Counted from the whole stretch's first letter, positions 1-13,700 are shown. The stretch: DNA of 55,736 nucleotides, filler included, from Bipalium vagum (GCA_037834085.1; 3 parts of 3 records of this genome joined end to end with filler, not necessarily neighbours in it); one strand, 5' to 3'. The notes: generated by a model from the sequence alone, not told the origin. Numbers and translations are program-made.

Positions 1-187
1 TTAAAGTTTACTTATTATTTTTAAATTACAGAATTATTAAATATCGATAAAAATGGCACCGGTTTCTAGAAAACGTGATGATTTGGATATTTCATCAAAG
101 CGTAATATTTTGCTGTGTATGTTAAAGAAATCCCAATAATAATCACAATTTCAATTAAAATAAACACAAATAATAAAAATATTAATA

Positions 188-1325
188 TTAGGTCGACACA
201 TAAGTAATGTCGTTTTTTAATAATTAATATTCAATCAATAAGTAATTTGTTTAAATATAGCAAATTAATTTTTTTTGGGTGAATTTACGAAGTTTAATGT
301 TTTAATATTTTATGGAATAATTTGATTATATGCATTAAATCTGTAGAAATTGCAGAAGAAATGCCAAATGAAAATCATATACGCCATTAGATGCTATATG
401 AATTTCGACATGATAAAACGGCAGCAGAGGCTACTAGGCCAATTAACAAAATTTATCCCGATACTCTTTCTATGAGAAAATGTCAGAGATTGTTTTCCCG
501 ATTTAGGAATGGTAATTTTGATTTTGAAAACGTTTAAAGATTAGGGACACAGAGGTTATTAAGGCATCTATCGAGGATAATCCATGCCAAACATTCGTTG
601 AAATGAGTTCGAAATTAAGATTTAATATGGAAACACTTCGGCGAATTTACTGATGACCAAAAAAAGAAGCGTTATTCAATTGGCGACTCTTGATTTCTAA
701 ACAAAAAGATGAAGATTTTCTGAATGGTATCATAATGGGTGACAAGAAATGGTTTATTTACGAAAACTTTCGTCGTAAAAGGCAGTGGCTTTTATGTGGA
801 CAAAGACCTACATTCACCCCAAAACCAAATATTCATGGGAAAAAGCTATTATTAATTGTTTGGTGGTCCACTACGGGCGTTATTCATCATGAGCTGTTAC
901 AACCAGGTAAAACGATAACAGCGGATGTGTATTGTGCCCAGGTAGACAGATTGAAGGAAAAATTTGAAAAGTAGTGACCTGCTTTGACCAACAGAAATAG
1001 AGTAATTTTTCATCATGATAACGCACGGCCGCACACCGTAAAGAAGACGCTCCAGATAATTAAGAACTTCGGTTGGGAACTGTTATCTCATCCTCCTTAT
1101 AGTCCTGACATCGCACCTTCTAACTACCATATTTTCCGTGCAATGCAACATTTTTTGGTCGGATAAAAAAAACGATTCCCATGAAAATATAAATATAGCC
1201 ATCCAAGAATTCTTCGATTCCAAACCACAGGATTTTTCTAAAGTTTCTAAATGAAGTAACATCGCAAAAAATAATGTTGTTATTTAAACTTTTCCAAAAA
1301 AAACATTACTTATGCGTCGACCTAA
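188..1325 (+). mobile_element. Mariner (DD34D) DNA transposon, internally deleted, non-functional
   Basis: TIRs ttaggtcgacacataagtaatg / cattacttatgcgtcgacctaa (1 mismatch) with TA on both sides. Transposase relic from ATG 361 has stops and frameshifts but keeps IIMGDKKW, FHHDNARPH and HPPYSPDIAPSNYHIF (third catalytic D replaced by N). Confidence 0.95.
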
Positions 1326-2178
1326 TATTAATATTTCATAATTATTTTTATTATCAAAATTTTGATTTATATTAAAATTATATTTAAAAACACATTACTA
1401 AAAATTGATATTAAATTATAAATACTCATAAAAATAGATAAAAGGAACAATATAATAAATAAATATTTAAATAATAAAAGTAATTTAATAGTTATAATAT
1501 GATATTAAATTAATATACATAGTCAAATACAATCAATATTTGAACCCTAACAATTATTTAAATTATCAAAATTCCTTCCGATAAATTACATCAATTATTT
1601 CTGAGATATAAATTTGTTTTATTTATTATTTATATTACCAAATTAAGTAGATTGTAACACCAGTAAATGTTAACTATTGAGTGTTAAAAATCAAAAACTT
1701 AAATTACATCAAATAAGATTTTTCCTAAAAAAACATTTTAAAACCCAATAATTTTATTATTCAGTGTTAAGTTAACTTAACATAATAATCCCTTTAAATA
1801 TTACTTTTCATATAATTAAATATTAGGATTTTAACCGTAAGATCAATTTGTTTTTTATTCTATTTCTATCGTTACAAACCTTTTTTACTTTTTATAGTTT
1901 GCGTACTAATTAAAGTAGTAAATTGAATGTAGGCCCTTTGAGACACTGATACAAGACTCGTGATAGAGGAATTTATCCTTCAATTAAGCAAAAAATTGAC
2001 ATTAAATAATTAGTCCTTACCACCCAGACTGTGTTTGAAAAGTATTTTAAATTCATGCTTAATTTCAAATTTTGAAAATTTTATGAATTTTAACAATACA
2101 GTTGAACAATCCTATTTAATTTCTACTCAGCAATCTTAATTTAATACACAGTATAACTTAAATTTATTTATACCAAGG

Positions 2179-3855
2179 CCCGTCAAAATGACGACTTTGA
2201 TAAATTTAAAAATTATAATAATTTATGGATTATATATGCAATGACGGTTATCAATACGTATTTAAATTCATTCATACATCGCTTTCAGACACTTTCCAGA
2301 AAATTTTAAAGTACATTTTTCATATGACATTATATTGAATCATCTAAGTTGTAATGAGCCGTTATAACGGGTCCATAATGTAAGAAGTCCAATCTGGGAT
2401 AAGTATGAACATATTTTTATTAATTAAAATTTAATTTTTGTAAATCGTAGACAAAATTGAAACGATTTCCAGGAGGCAGAAAATTATTCGAAGAATTCAA
2501 AAAATTCACTAGTATAAATGGAGACTGTTCGGACACTAATTCAAGTAATAATGATTTAAACATCTTTGTTCATCATGTGCTATATGTATAACTATGTGCT
2601 TATTAATAGAGTGAACACTTAAAAAAATGACACTTCAAACTGCTATTTTTTTTCAAAAAAACAGAATTTTAAAAACATAATAGATGAACAAAAGTATAAA
2701 CTAATATTTGAAGTTTATAAATTTATTTTTCATTCTTAGATAATATCTAAGGAATTAGAAAGAAGAAAATTAGTTTTTCAAAAATATATGTCAAATGAAG
2801 GATTAACTATTCGAAAATGTTCAAATAAGTTAATTTGCCAAAATCCAATCAGAAATGTCCTTAACAATTTCAAGGAGCGCCTGACCATTGAAAGAAAAAC
2901 TGATAGTGGTGGAGAACACATCCAACGTCAAAATAATGCTGCTCAGCTAGTTCTGCAAGAAGATGCAAAAATTCTTCATGTTTCATTCCGCACTGTTGTA
3001 AAATCTGAAAAAAGTCAGTCATTTGTAGAGTTAAAAATTATTTGGTTTGAGAAGCTAAAAAGAGCAATCAGCTCCAGGTCGTGATGTGAAACAAAGTATG
3101 ACTGCGAAATCTCGTTGTTGAAAGCTGTACGATACAAAACTTACAAAGGATGAATGATTATGGGTTTTGAAAAGTATTGCTATAAAATTTTAAATATATT
3201 GATGGTCAAGATTTTTATAGAACTAAAACAAAAAGAATTCTTCTAATTTTATATCTTGGCAGTTGATATATTCATGTGGTATGAAGAATGAACATAGGAA
3301 AATAAATAGCCAATTATATGTTGATGAGTGCTTGCAATAGAGATTAACTTTTATAAGAAAACATCAAATTGTCACCACACAAATAGCACAATAAAATAGT
3401 GTAAGTCAGAACTTCGACCTCTTGAGCCACATTGGTAAAATTGTGAAAATAACATTAAAGAACATCGATCAGGAGATACAAGCCATAGGACAGTTTCAAT
3501 TCAAGTGGCAGTGGACTTCAAAAAAAGTAAATAAAACATCTGTGCAAAAGATAATGGGACCAATCAGACGGAAAATCCGCTCCGTAAATTACTATACTTC
3601 ATCTAATTATTTTTTTAGTTATCATGTCATGCAATTAATGTATTATTATGAAATTAAAAAAATTTAAAACAATACATCTAGTAGTCTTTCTTTAACAATT
3701 ACTATGTTAGCAATTTTGGTTTGTTCATCTTTTAATGATGAATTATTACATTAAATATTTGTTTTTTAAATTATTCTTTTATTTTTTTACATTTTAAAAA
3801 ATTAAGTCAAAAGTTACAACGAAAGTCATGATCAAACATCTGTCAATTTGACGGG
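2179..3855 (+). mobile_element. Degenerate IS630-Tc1-mariner element, DD37E-like
   Basis: Inverted ends cccgtcaaaatgac / gtcaatttgacggg. N-terminal HTH-like ORF 2788-3084 (…TIERKTDSGG) and ELRPLEPHW near 3410 resembling the LRPIExxW motif. Subfamily call is an inference. Confidence 0.6.
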
Positions 3856-6199
3856 TAACGCAGAAAATATTTATTATTTGTTACGTACTACGTAAATTTA
3901 GCATATTTTTTGTTTTTAGCAATAATTTGATAAATTCCAATATTGTACCACAGAAATGTTGTGTATATATATTTAGAATAAAATAATTTCAAAATAGGCA
4001 ACAGTGTATCCCCATTAAACCCAACCAAAGAAACACCAAGGAAATAATCCATAGATTATAATAATACTAAATATCAAAATTAATAATATTAAATAATATT
4101 TTTTCGCAGCTTTCAGACAGAAATATCATTTTTGTACTGCGTAGTGGATTAATTAATGATAGAGTTAGTATTTTAGGATAATAGAGAAGAGAACACAACG
4201 TGGGTTTTCTGTGACACGTATATTCTCTCCAGACCAAACAACTTTGAATAACAAGTTTCCAGTTCTGGGAGATGTCAGTCTGAGAGAACCAAACAGATTC
4301 TAGAACTGACAAAACACAAGATAAAAAAGAAAGAAAATAATAAAGCAGGTCAATATAATTACAAGTAAATATTTAATAGAAGTTTTATAAAATTAAAACA
4401 TGACAGTTTATAATTGAGAATTCCACCGTTTTATCATTATTAAGGGGTGCAAAAAAATTCCTTTTAAAAGAAAAAATCATTTTCCCATATGTTTATTCCC
4501 AATATTTATATATTAATTAAGTATTTTCTAAGATAAATAAAATTTATAAAGGTTTGTTTAAATTTATCTTTGTATATTTTTGTTTACATTTATATTATAA
4601 AAAGCTTATGAAATTCGGAAACGTGAATTATTTTATTGCGAAATCACACACAATAGCCATTCTGTCGTAGATCCCCATCGATAGTTAATCAATGCATGGA
4701 AAAAGAAATTTTGTCAATGATAGAAAAATAAGACAATTAGTTACGGATTTCAGTACGGACAAAATAAACAACAAAAGAAATAATGGTTCATGTAAACGAT
4801 CATGAGTTGTTAGTGATCAGAGAATTAGTTTGGTGAAAATTTTGATTGATCAAAGAAATACTGTATCTTTGATAAATTTGGTCGGAGTAAAGATAAATTC
4901 AGACCATTCTCCAAAACCATTTGGATTTTAAGTAAATTTCAAGTAACTGAATATCAAATGTTTAAAACTTGTGATTTATTAATAAAAACATTTATTTGAA
5001 AATAATTTTTTTTAAAGTAATAGACAATTTTAAAATTCATTACTAAAATATGAAATCGAAATATGAAGAAAAAACTCAAATAGTTAACTTTAATAAAATA
5101 ATCCCTGCAAGGAATAATTTTGTTATAAATTGTAAGAATGAAATTACGGAAATTAAAAATAAAATAAGAAACAACGAAGCTTCTTTAACTGAAAATAATA
5201 GATTATGTATTAAGAAAGCGCAAGATAACGACACACTATCAGTTTCTATGCGAAAACTTTAAAAAAATCAGAGAATTTTAGATAATTATCCTACAACCAG
5301 TTTTTGATTAGTTCAAGAGATGGCGATTATTCTTCTAGAGATTACATATATACTAATTTCATGATTTATTTGTATTATAATGTTGCTAATATATTTATTT
5401 CAAAATTATTTAAAATTTTTTAATTATATTCAAAAAGATTATTTCAAAAAGGTATAATTTAAAAATGGAAAAGCTAAGTTACTAAAAAAAATTCAAGATT
5501 CAAAAAAATAATCTAAAAAAGAAAGATAAATTAATTATTAAAATAGAATAACCCCATTACAAAGGGTATTTAACGTCAGCATAAGACTGACCAATGCGCA
5601 CAAAAATAAATATAGTAAAAAAGACAAAAATATCGTAAGGAGAAAACAAGAATTCACGATAATAAACAAAATTTATTTTGACGCAGCCAACTGTTAAACA
5701 ATCAATCCATATTCTAAACTACACCTACACAAAAAAAATTCTAAGACCGATTACAGTCTATGCTATAAGTAATCTTTAGTATTTTTATTATTACTAATAT
5801 TATTATAAAATTCTTGGTAATTTGATCTCAAATTACACAAGATATATTTTAAAATCATTTTTTCCAATAATCACTAGTCTTTAGTAAATAGGATTATTTT
5901 TCGTTTTGTTCGCATTTTCCAATTTTCTCTTTTTGTTAACAGTTTAAACAGTGGTTATGGCTGGTAAATTGTCTCAGGGCTTTTCCACAGCTTACAAGGT
6001 TACTGTGAAATGATTTTCTTAATCCTCAGAGGTTCTTATTAACAAGATTTGTAATAATTGCTTGTCAGATTTTACCAATAAACGTATTTTTCATTAATCG
6101 AATTTTTTTTAATTTGATTTTTCATTGTGTAGCTTTTAATAATTTTGTCCCTAATAGTTCCGAATTACACTCTATAAAACTATATTATCGAATATTTTG

Positions 6200-7000
6200 T
6201 GAAGTAACCTAAAGACCGGAATCGATATTTTTAATCTAATAAATTCAAAACTCTTCTAGGAATTTAACAAAATGAAACCAAAAAATGCAGTAAATCTTTC
6301 TAAGATAATTTTTTGACGTTCTGTCAAAGAGGATTGCGAGCAAGAATGTTTATGCAACTGAAGAAAATGAGTTTACTCAGATCTTTTTCCTCATGCCAAT
6401 TATAAGAGTAAGCTGGTATTTTTGAAATGATCAAGTGACTTTTCACACCTATGGTTCCATAAAGAAAAAACATGTTAAAAAGTATATCCTGTTCACTTTC
6501 ATGGTGCAATTTACATTGAATTACTCGAATATGGTCAATGTATTAATCTGTCAAAAATGCATTCTGTAATTTGAATCTAGGAATAGGTGACAGTCAAAAA
6601 ATATTTTGAATACATGATAATTCATTTCCCATAGATCACAACGAACTTCTCCCTACTTCCACAATGATGGCATTTGTTATTAAAGCATCTTGCTACTCAC
6701 CTGATCTTAATCTTCTAAATCGCTTCGTGTTCAGAAATTTCGAAACTTATTGCGAAGCACACTAAATTGAAAAACTTCCTACATGTCAAAGACAATATCA
6801 AAAATTTTTCAATACTCTGATCGCCATTATAATGCAAGAGGAATATAGGAAATTGGTAAAACATTCTGAACATGTTATCCAGTGTAAAGGCAACTAAATT
6901 TATTTAGTTTAAAAAAATATTTTTATTTTGGTTTATATATTTATTATTATACATTGTTATTTTTATTTATTTTATCGCAACGACATTTTTGTCGACTCTT
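6200..7000 (+). mobile_element. Degenerate mariner/Tc1 transposase, 3' part
   Basis: Broken frames give FHGAIYIELLEYGQ, IHDNSFP, YSPDLNLLNRFVFRNF and VIQCKGN*. TIR-like caacgacatttttgtcgactct at about 6978-6999. Left boundary uncertain. Confidence 0.7.
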
Positions 7001-7301
7001 CTTTTAGTGAAAAAATAACATTAATAAAGTGATAAGTATCGTAGAAGTGGTAAAAATAATGTTATATGTAAACATTAATTAACGTAAGAATAAATAATCA
7101 AATAACATACAATAATAATACAATAAATAAAGAGAAAATTTTTTAAAGAAAATATAATTATTAGCTTAATTGAAAAATATAATTAGCAGCAATTTTTTTA
7201 GGTTGTAAAGTTCAAAATACAACTTATTATAAACTAATTTTGAGACCATATTTCTCAACAATAAATAAAAAAAATTATAATTACTGTTTAATTGATGAGT
7301 A

Positions 7302-8605
7302 CAGTAGAATCCGCTTAATCTTATCAAAAAACTCAGGTCACGCCTTTTTTTGTAAATTAAAAAATCTATCTGTTGCAATAAAAATATCAGTTTATCTTAT
7401 CATTTAATTAAAAAAATTAAATTTTATCATCTAATCAATTACATTTTTTTAAATATTAAGCCATTTTATCACAATTTAAAATTTGTAGATTAAAAACTGA
7501 ATATGAAGAGTGTGGATTTGTCGTAAATGAAAAACAAATAATATTAGAGTCCTATAAAAAGTTGCCTAAAATGTGTCAATGTAGTGCAGTTATTCATTTA
7601 AAATTTTCGCAACCTCTTTTAAGTAAGCTAATAAAAACATAGCAGATATTTAAACTGCAAGACTAACTAATGCAAATATGAATCGGGAAAAGATGTTGAA
7701 TCAGCTTTAAAAATTTGATTCACAGGTGTTAGTGAAAAACTTGCTCCGATTAACGTACCTTTTATGTAACAAAAAGTACAGGAATTTACAAAAAATGTGT
7801 ATAGAAAATTTTAATGTTTAGTAAAGGGGAAAATCGAGAAATGTCGTGTACAAGCACATGGTTAGTTACAAAAAGTGCTGATTTTCATGAGAATTATCAT
7901 TGTATAAAGAGAGAATGGTAAAAAATTATTGATGAGTATGTACCAAGGATATATACAACGCTAATGAAACGGCACTCTTTTCATGCAATGTCTGAACATA
8001 CATATTTATTTCAAAATGAAGTTATAAGACTTTAAAACACCGAGTGATAATTCTTTGTGCTAATATGGAAGGTGATAAGAGAGACTTATTAGTAATTGGA
8101 AAAATTATAATCCTGTGTTTTAAAGGTGCTCAAGGTTTACCTGTTAATTATGATTCTATTCAAAATACATGTAATTTTTAACAATTGATTGGTTAAATTG
8201 GAAAGCGGAAAATTGTCTTAGTGATAGATAACTGCATGAAACATCGTATCAAAATGTTATTTATGAATGTAAAAATTATTTACACACCTTCGAATACTAC
8301 ATGTTAAAATTCAGTCATGTGATCAAGACGAACTTTATACGAACTTTAAAAGCTTATAAACATTATGAATATGAAAAATTCTTTATGTAATTATTAGAAA
8401 AGTAACTCCAAAAAATACTGGGTGAATATTTCAAATAAAATATTTTTTTTTACAAAATGTGACTATTGGAAAAGGTTTAAAATAAAATGTTTGTTGGTAT
8501 AATAAAATTAATAAAAGTAGATAAAAATGGTAATTTTTTATATCCTCCGGTTAATGTTATCAAAAGTAATAGATCCCAATGTGATCACATTAAGCGGATT
8601 CTACG
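7302..8605 (+). mobile_element. pogo/Tigger-family DNA transposon relic
   Basis: TA-flanked TIRs cagtagaatccgcttaat / attaagcggattctac(-)g. Decayed motifs DIYNANETALF, VIILCANMEGDKRDLLVIGK, LVIDNC and YTPSNTT…IQSCDQ. Confidence 0.9.
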
Positions 8606-9499
8606 TACGCACTGTGTTAGTATCTGAGATTACCAACAAACACTCATGACATTGTCTTAATTTCAAATGCATTTCCACTAGTATCAGGAATTGTACGATA
8701 CAATTATTTAGCAATATCATTCTGAAGAGATAAAAGGCTGAACACTGATCAAATACTTAAAGAAAACTGATTAAATTTCACAAAAAATTGTCTTCACCTG
8801 CTATTACCTGCACAAAAGTCTTTCATCCTATACAAATTACTATATCACATACGGAAACGAAACCATATCATTCTGGTATTAAAAAAAAGATAGAGAAGGA
8901 AAATAATATTTAATATGAAGAAAAAAAGAACACTTAATCAAAAATATGGTTCTTATTCCTAGAAATCTACAAAATGCCTACCAATACAAAATTTGAGAGA
9001 ATATGTATTGTGAGATCAATAGATGACTACGTGGTTAAAAAAATGTTCATGAAATTAGAATGCTAACAACTTCGGACGAAATTTTCCTGAATATTTTTCG
9101 AGAACTTATAACTACGCTACTATGAGAAATCATTAGGCCCTTAGTTGGCTAAATTGAAAATGCTAAATGAAAGACGTGACCACATGGTGTACAAAAATTT
9201 ACAACTGAATTTAGATATAAATATGCGATTGTATAATACTTGATTAATCAAATTTATTAAGATAATTAAATAAAAACAGGAATAAAATTAATAGAAATAA
9301 TACGCTTACCGACCAACTACTTCCCAGCTTCTGAGACTAACAACGATTCCAATAGTGGATCTGACAATTCATTAATGTTAATACGTGGTAAGGCTAAAAA
9401 GTAATAAGACTCTACCAGAAATAATTAATTTATGTATATGTATTTAAATAAAATTTTGCACATAAAATAATCTTATATATATAGGGTGGCTAAAAACTA

Positions 9500-10752
9500 T
9501 AGGTTGGAAAGAAAGGTCTGGTCGTTTTATATTTAAATATTAAATCACATTAAAAACACTTTATAAAACGATTTTATTTAAAAATAAATTACATTCATAA
9601 CTGTACAATCATTCAGGATAATAATTACCATTCGATTCAACAATATAACGGCATCTCTTAGGCAAAGAGTGAATTCCATCCCAATAGTACTGGTTTGTTT
9701 TAGAGGCGAAGAATTCAATTAGCCACGTTTTCAGGTCCTCGTTTCCTTCGAACGACATTCCACTAATACTTCTAGCCAAAGTGAAAAACAAGTAGTAGTC
9801 CGACGGTGCCAGATCCGGACTATATGGACTATACTTCCCAATGACCGTTGTCATGCAGAAATCGAACATGACTTAGATTTGGGCGAATTTCGGAGATACT
9901 TTTAGCCAAACGCTCTAATTTTTCACAGTACACTTGAGCATTGATAGTAAAATTCCCAGGCAGCAGTTTCCATTAGATTATTCTGGAGCTATCCCACCAA
10001 ACAGAAAGCATAACCTTGCGAGGGTGCAGGTCGGCCTTTGGTTAATTCCTGCTAGAACTGTTAGCATCTGTGCAAGAACGCCTTCGCTTGATGTTGGTGT
10101 AGAGACACCATTTCTCGTCACCAGTGATTGTTATCCAACCATTGGGTTCTGCGACTATGGAATAGCAGAGAGACAGCTGCAGCAACTCGGCGTTGACGGT
10201 CCGAGACATCAAGAGTGTGGGGCACTCATCGATCAAATCGACTCACCTTGCCAAGAGCTTCCAAGTGGTTGATTATGCTGGTGGAGAGACATCCATTATA
10301 TCTGCAATCTCAAAGTTCGATATGGATCCTTATTTACCAGCTACAGCAGGCGGTCATTATTCACCGCAGAAGGACGACCGGAACGAGGTTTATCATCAGT
10401 GCCAATATCACCAATACGGAATCGTTGGAAATGAAGCCTGGTATTGCGCTGGAACACACAATCATGGCCAAATGCATGAGATAGACGTTGCTGTGATTCA
10501 GCTGTAAGGCCAAATTTTTATTCATAAAGCGTGCATGTAAGAATTTGCGATTTTGTAATATTGATTTTTAATTCCATATTATTGATTTTCAAGGACGCTG
10601 ATATCAAGTATATATATATATATAGATGAATGTCTGCCTGTTAGTAGTGTGTCTGGTAATTGTTTATCTCTTAGTTATGAGTAATAAATATCATTGAATC
10701 TCAACAAACAGGCTTTGTTACCAAAAACGGCCAGAACTTTCTTTCCAACCTA
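9500..10752 (-). mobile_element. Near full-length mariner (DD34D), pseudogenised
   Basis: TA-flanked TIRs taggttggaaagaaaggtctggtcgtttt / aaaacggccagaactttctttccaaccta. Minus-strand transposase 10577-9609 with stops and frameshifts; ITGDEKWCLY and PYSPDLAPSDYYLF retained. Confidence 0.95.
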
Positions 10753-10926
10753 TATTTGCGCGTCTATAATTTTGTATTGATTTACTGAATTTTCGGATTA
10801 CATTTCATATAGCTACCATAAAATAGTTTGTTTAAAATAAAAAATTAAATCAACTTTTTTCAAAAATTAAAATCTTAGAAAAAGTAATATTAATCTATTT
10901 AAGTAAGTTAAATATTTAAATTTCAG

Positions 10927-11740
10927 ATGAATTCATCTACTAATGATCTACAACATTTATTTTTTGATGAAGAAACATGTAAATCATCTTTATTTGAAAA
11001 AAATTTAAGGAAAATCACCACTGCGAATTTTATGGCAAATCCTTTAATTTACAAAAAAATCACAGTATTTTGAGATGCCCGTCTGCTAGATGTAGGAAAA
11101 CATCTATATCAATAAAGAAAAAAAATCAATTTCCGACGGATAAAAGATAAAAAGCTCCAAAACGCAATTTATAAGATATTTATGCTTGAGAAAAGTTCCT
11201 TTCTCTTCGGTAATAAAAATGACAATTGCAAAGTTCAACAAAATATATTGTAAAATAATTAATTATCAATGAAAAATTGGAACCTCAAAATCATCTTATT
11301 GGGGGAAAAGATATCATCGTAGAAATCGATGAAACATAAATCGGAAAACGCAAATATAACCCGGGTCAGAGTTCATGGTGGATGGATAGTTAGTGAAATA
11401 GAACGCACAGCTGAGAAAAAGATAATCATCGTAGAAATAACCAATCGCAGTGCAAATACATTAACCTAAATAATTATAAATCGCGTGAAACCTGGATCCA
11501 TCATTCACACAGATATGTGGACAGGATATATGAAACAGAATGAAAAAAATTACCATCATCAACGGTTAACTATTCAAAATGTTTTAAAAATCAAATAAAT
11601 GGTGTACATACATACACCATAGAAGGAATTTGGAACGGCCTCAAGTTAAAAATAAGACCCAGAAACCGGAATAAGAACGATATCCAGAAGCATTTGTGTG
11701 AAAAACCAAAAAAAGATGCGTGAGACTTTTTTAAAGGCAA
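10927..11740 (+). mobile_element. Merlin (ISXO2/IS1016-like DDE) transposase pseudogene
   Basis: Manual translation gives IGGKDIIVEIDET*IGKRKYNPG…GWIVSEIERT…NRSANTL…VKPGSIIHTDMWTGY…GVHTYTIEGIWNGLK, the characteristic ISXO2-domain motif series. Termini not identified. Confidence 0.9.
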
Positions 11741-13635
11741 TCATAGCCCCATCGACACAAATCGAACTGTATATGAACATAATTATTGTAATTTATCTAA
11801 ATAAAAAGATTTCTTTATTATTATAATTTTATTACCTTTTACAATCTATATCTATGGCCCTAAAGGGGACCGAATATTAGAATGTAAATTTATTTATTTC
11901 AAATAATAAAATAATTATATATTTTTATAAAATTATTATATATTTCTCCTAAAATCGGCGATAGAATCGAAGCTCAAAGTGCCACTGAGGACTGTACATG
12001 TTTTAAAGCAATCGAAAGAAGGAAAAGTCTTTATTAAGCTTAGAAAATGTCCAAAAAGAAAATTCACTACTCGACAAATTTGTGGAATTATTAATAGAAT
12101 AGAAAGAAATGATATGGTCAGCATGAACAAGATGAGCTTAACATTTCTCGATTTTTAGTTCAATCGATCGTACGTAATGAACTAGGCCTTCGAAGCTATT
12201 GCTTACTCAAAGGACAAGTTTTAAGTCCAAATAGAAAGGAAAAATGCAAGAAATTTTGCATTTATCGTAAAGCCCGCCGCATCGTCGATGTTCTTTGATC
12301 ATGAGAAAATTTTTATCGTGGAGATAACTAAAAATGCTCTAAGCTCCTCAATCCTAAGAAAACTTGAAAAAAAATTACAATATAACCGTTTCAAAAGATC
12401 TTTGTCGTATGGGGCGATGTCAGTTCAATGGAAAATCTATCAAAAGATTCTAAAAAAGGCTGTACTCCCTTGGAAGCAAATCCATCCTGATATTATATTC
12501 CAACAAGCATGAAAAAAGCAAAACAACAATTCGTTTCCTAGAGACTAAAATAGACTTATTTTTAACTTTTTAAATCAAATATCCTGATCCATTGGATTTC
12601 TCTATCTGGGACTTCATGCAAGAACAACTTAGAAATCGAAAAGTTACCAATTTGGATGATTTGCGTAAGCAATTGGTAAAAATTTTTTACAATCTAGATA
12701 AAAAATATTTGGGGTGCACAATCAATTCTGTGAAAAGATTTGAAGCGTGTATAAAAGATGGGAATAACTTTGAAAATCTCTTGTAAAATTATATTGTATT
12801 CATTGAATAAATAAAGTTGTTCGGAGATTTTTTATCTATAATTGAAATTTGTGGGTTTTCTCTGACGCAAATAGTTATCAGATCATAAAATAGTTATTAA
12901 ATCACACTTAAGTGTGACCGAAACGGAACCAACCACGGAACGAAAGAGAAAAATAATTCTAAGAAATGAGATAATGAAATTTATAAATATGAATGATATG
13001 CCCCAAAGCCTATTAACTTGCACAGGAGTTGCTCGTTTATTTTTCATGATAACGATCCTAGCAACACATCAAAGAAATCTAAAGAAACATTAGCAAAAGT
13101 TGGATTTTTAAAAATGTATCATCCCCGGTACTGTCCAAATCTGATGCCAAGTGATTTCTGGTTTTTCAACTCACTGAAGAATCATACGCTAGTTCAAAGA
13201 TTTGTTTCAAAGGATGATATGAAGGATAGTGTGATACAGAAGAATCAAAATTTCTTTAAAATTGGTTGTAATGGAATGATCGACCTGTGGAATAAGTGGG
13301 TCGATGTAAACGGCGGTTACGTCGAGAAATGAGACCTATACATGTATATAATATATATAATATATAATTCAGTTATCTTCATTATTTCTGGTAGAGCCTA
13401 AGTACTTTTAGCCTTAGCACGTACATTCGGTTATTTCTTTTTAAATATTCTGTAATTTTCGCGCTGACTAATCAATCAATGATCAACAACATGAAACAAT
13501 AATAATTAGGGAATTTAAAAAAAGAGATCACAAAACACCTTCAATCTCTTGAAAATGAGCTTGTGTATTATTTCCCTGAGTTGACTAGTACGATACCTAT
13601 TTTCTGATTCCATTGATATGTTAGTGAAAATTAAT

Positions 13636-13700
13636 CGGAGATACCGGGATTCGAACCCGGGATCTTCACATGCGCATGCACTGCTCTAACCGCTGAGCTA
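13636..13700 (-). pseudogene. tRNA-Ala(CGC)-like pseudogene or tRNA-derived SINE head, lacking the 5' acceptor strand
   Basis: Minus strand tagctcagcggttagagc…tgcgcat…ccgggttcgaatcccggtatctcc has intact D-stem and T-stem, A and B boxes, and U70 (Ala G3:U70). The anticodon stem does not pair and nt 1-7 are absent. Confidence 0.8.

Larger units (their letters stand above)
9482..12910 (+). mobile_element. maT/DD37D-like Tc1-mariner element, transposase relic about 11950-12786
   Basis: Motifs MFFDHEKIFIVE, IFQQA and PDPLDFSIW…KRFEACIKDGNNFENLL. Left TIR agggtggctaaaaac[TA]tttgcgcgtc is reconstructed by removing the 9500-10752 mariner and matches gacgcaaatagtt at 12864-12876. Transposase class is better supported than the outer boundaries. 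Confidence 0.65.
9384..13421 (+). mobile_element. Mariner (irritans-like) element split by nested insertions
   Basis: Left TIR TA-cgtggtaaggctaaaaagta…ctctaccagaaataat. Right TIR attatttctggtagag…tacttttagccttagcacg-TA. C-terminal transposase relic 13018-13332 (FHDND, HPRYCPNLMPSDFWFF, GGYVEK*). Both arms match the copy at 26036-27134. Confidence 0.8.

Noticed and set aside
5050-6170. Possible LINE ORF1/gag fragments on both strands
   Set aside because: No recognisable motif, so no call can be supported.
9934-10507. Plus-strand ORFs of 89-112 aa
   Set aside because: Antisense shadows of the minus-strand mariner transposase.
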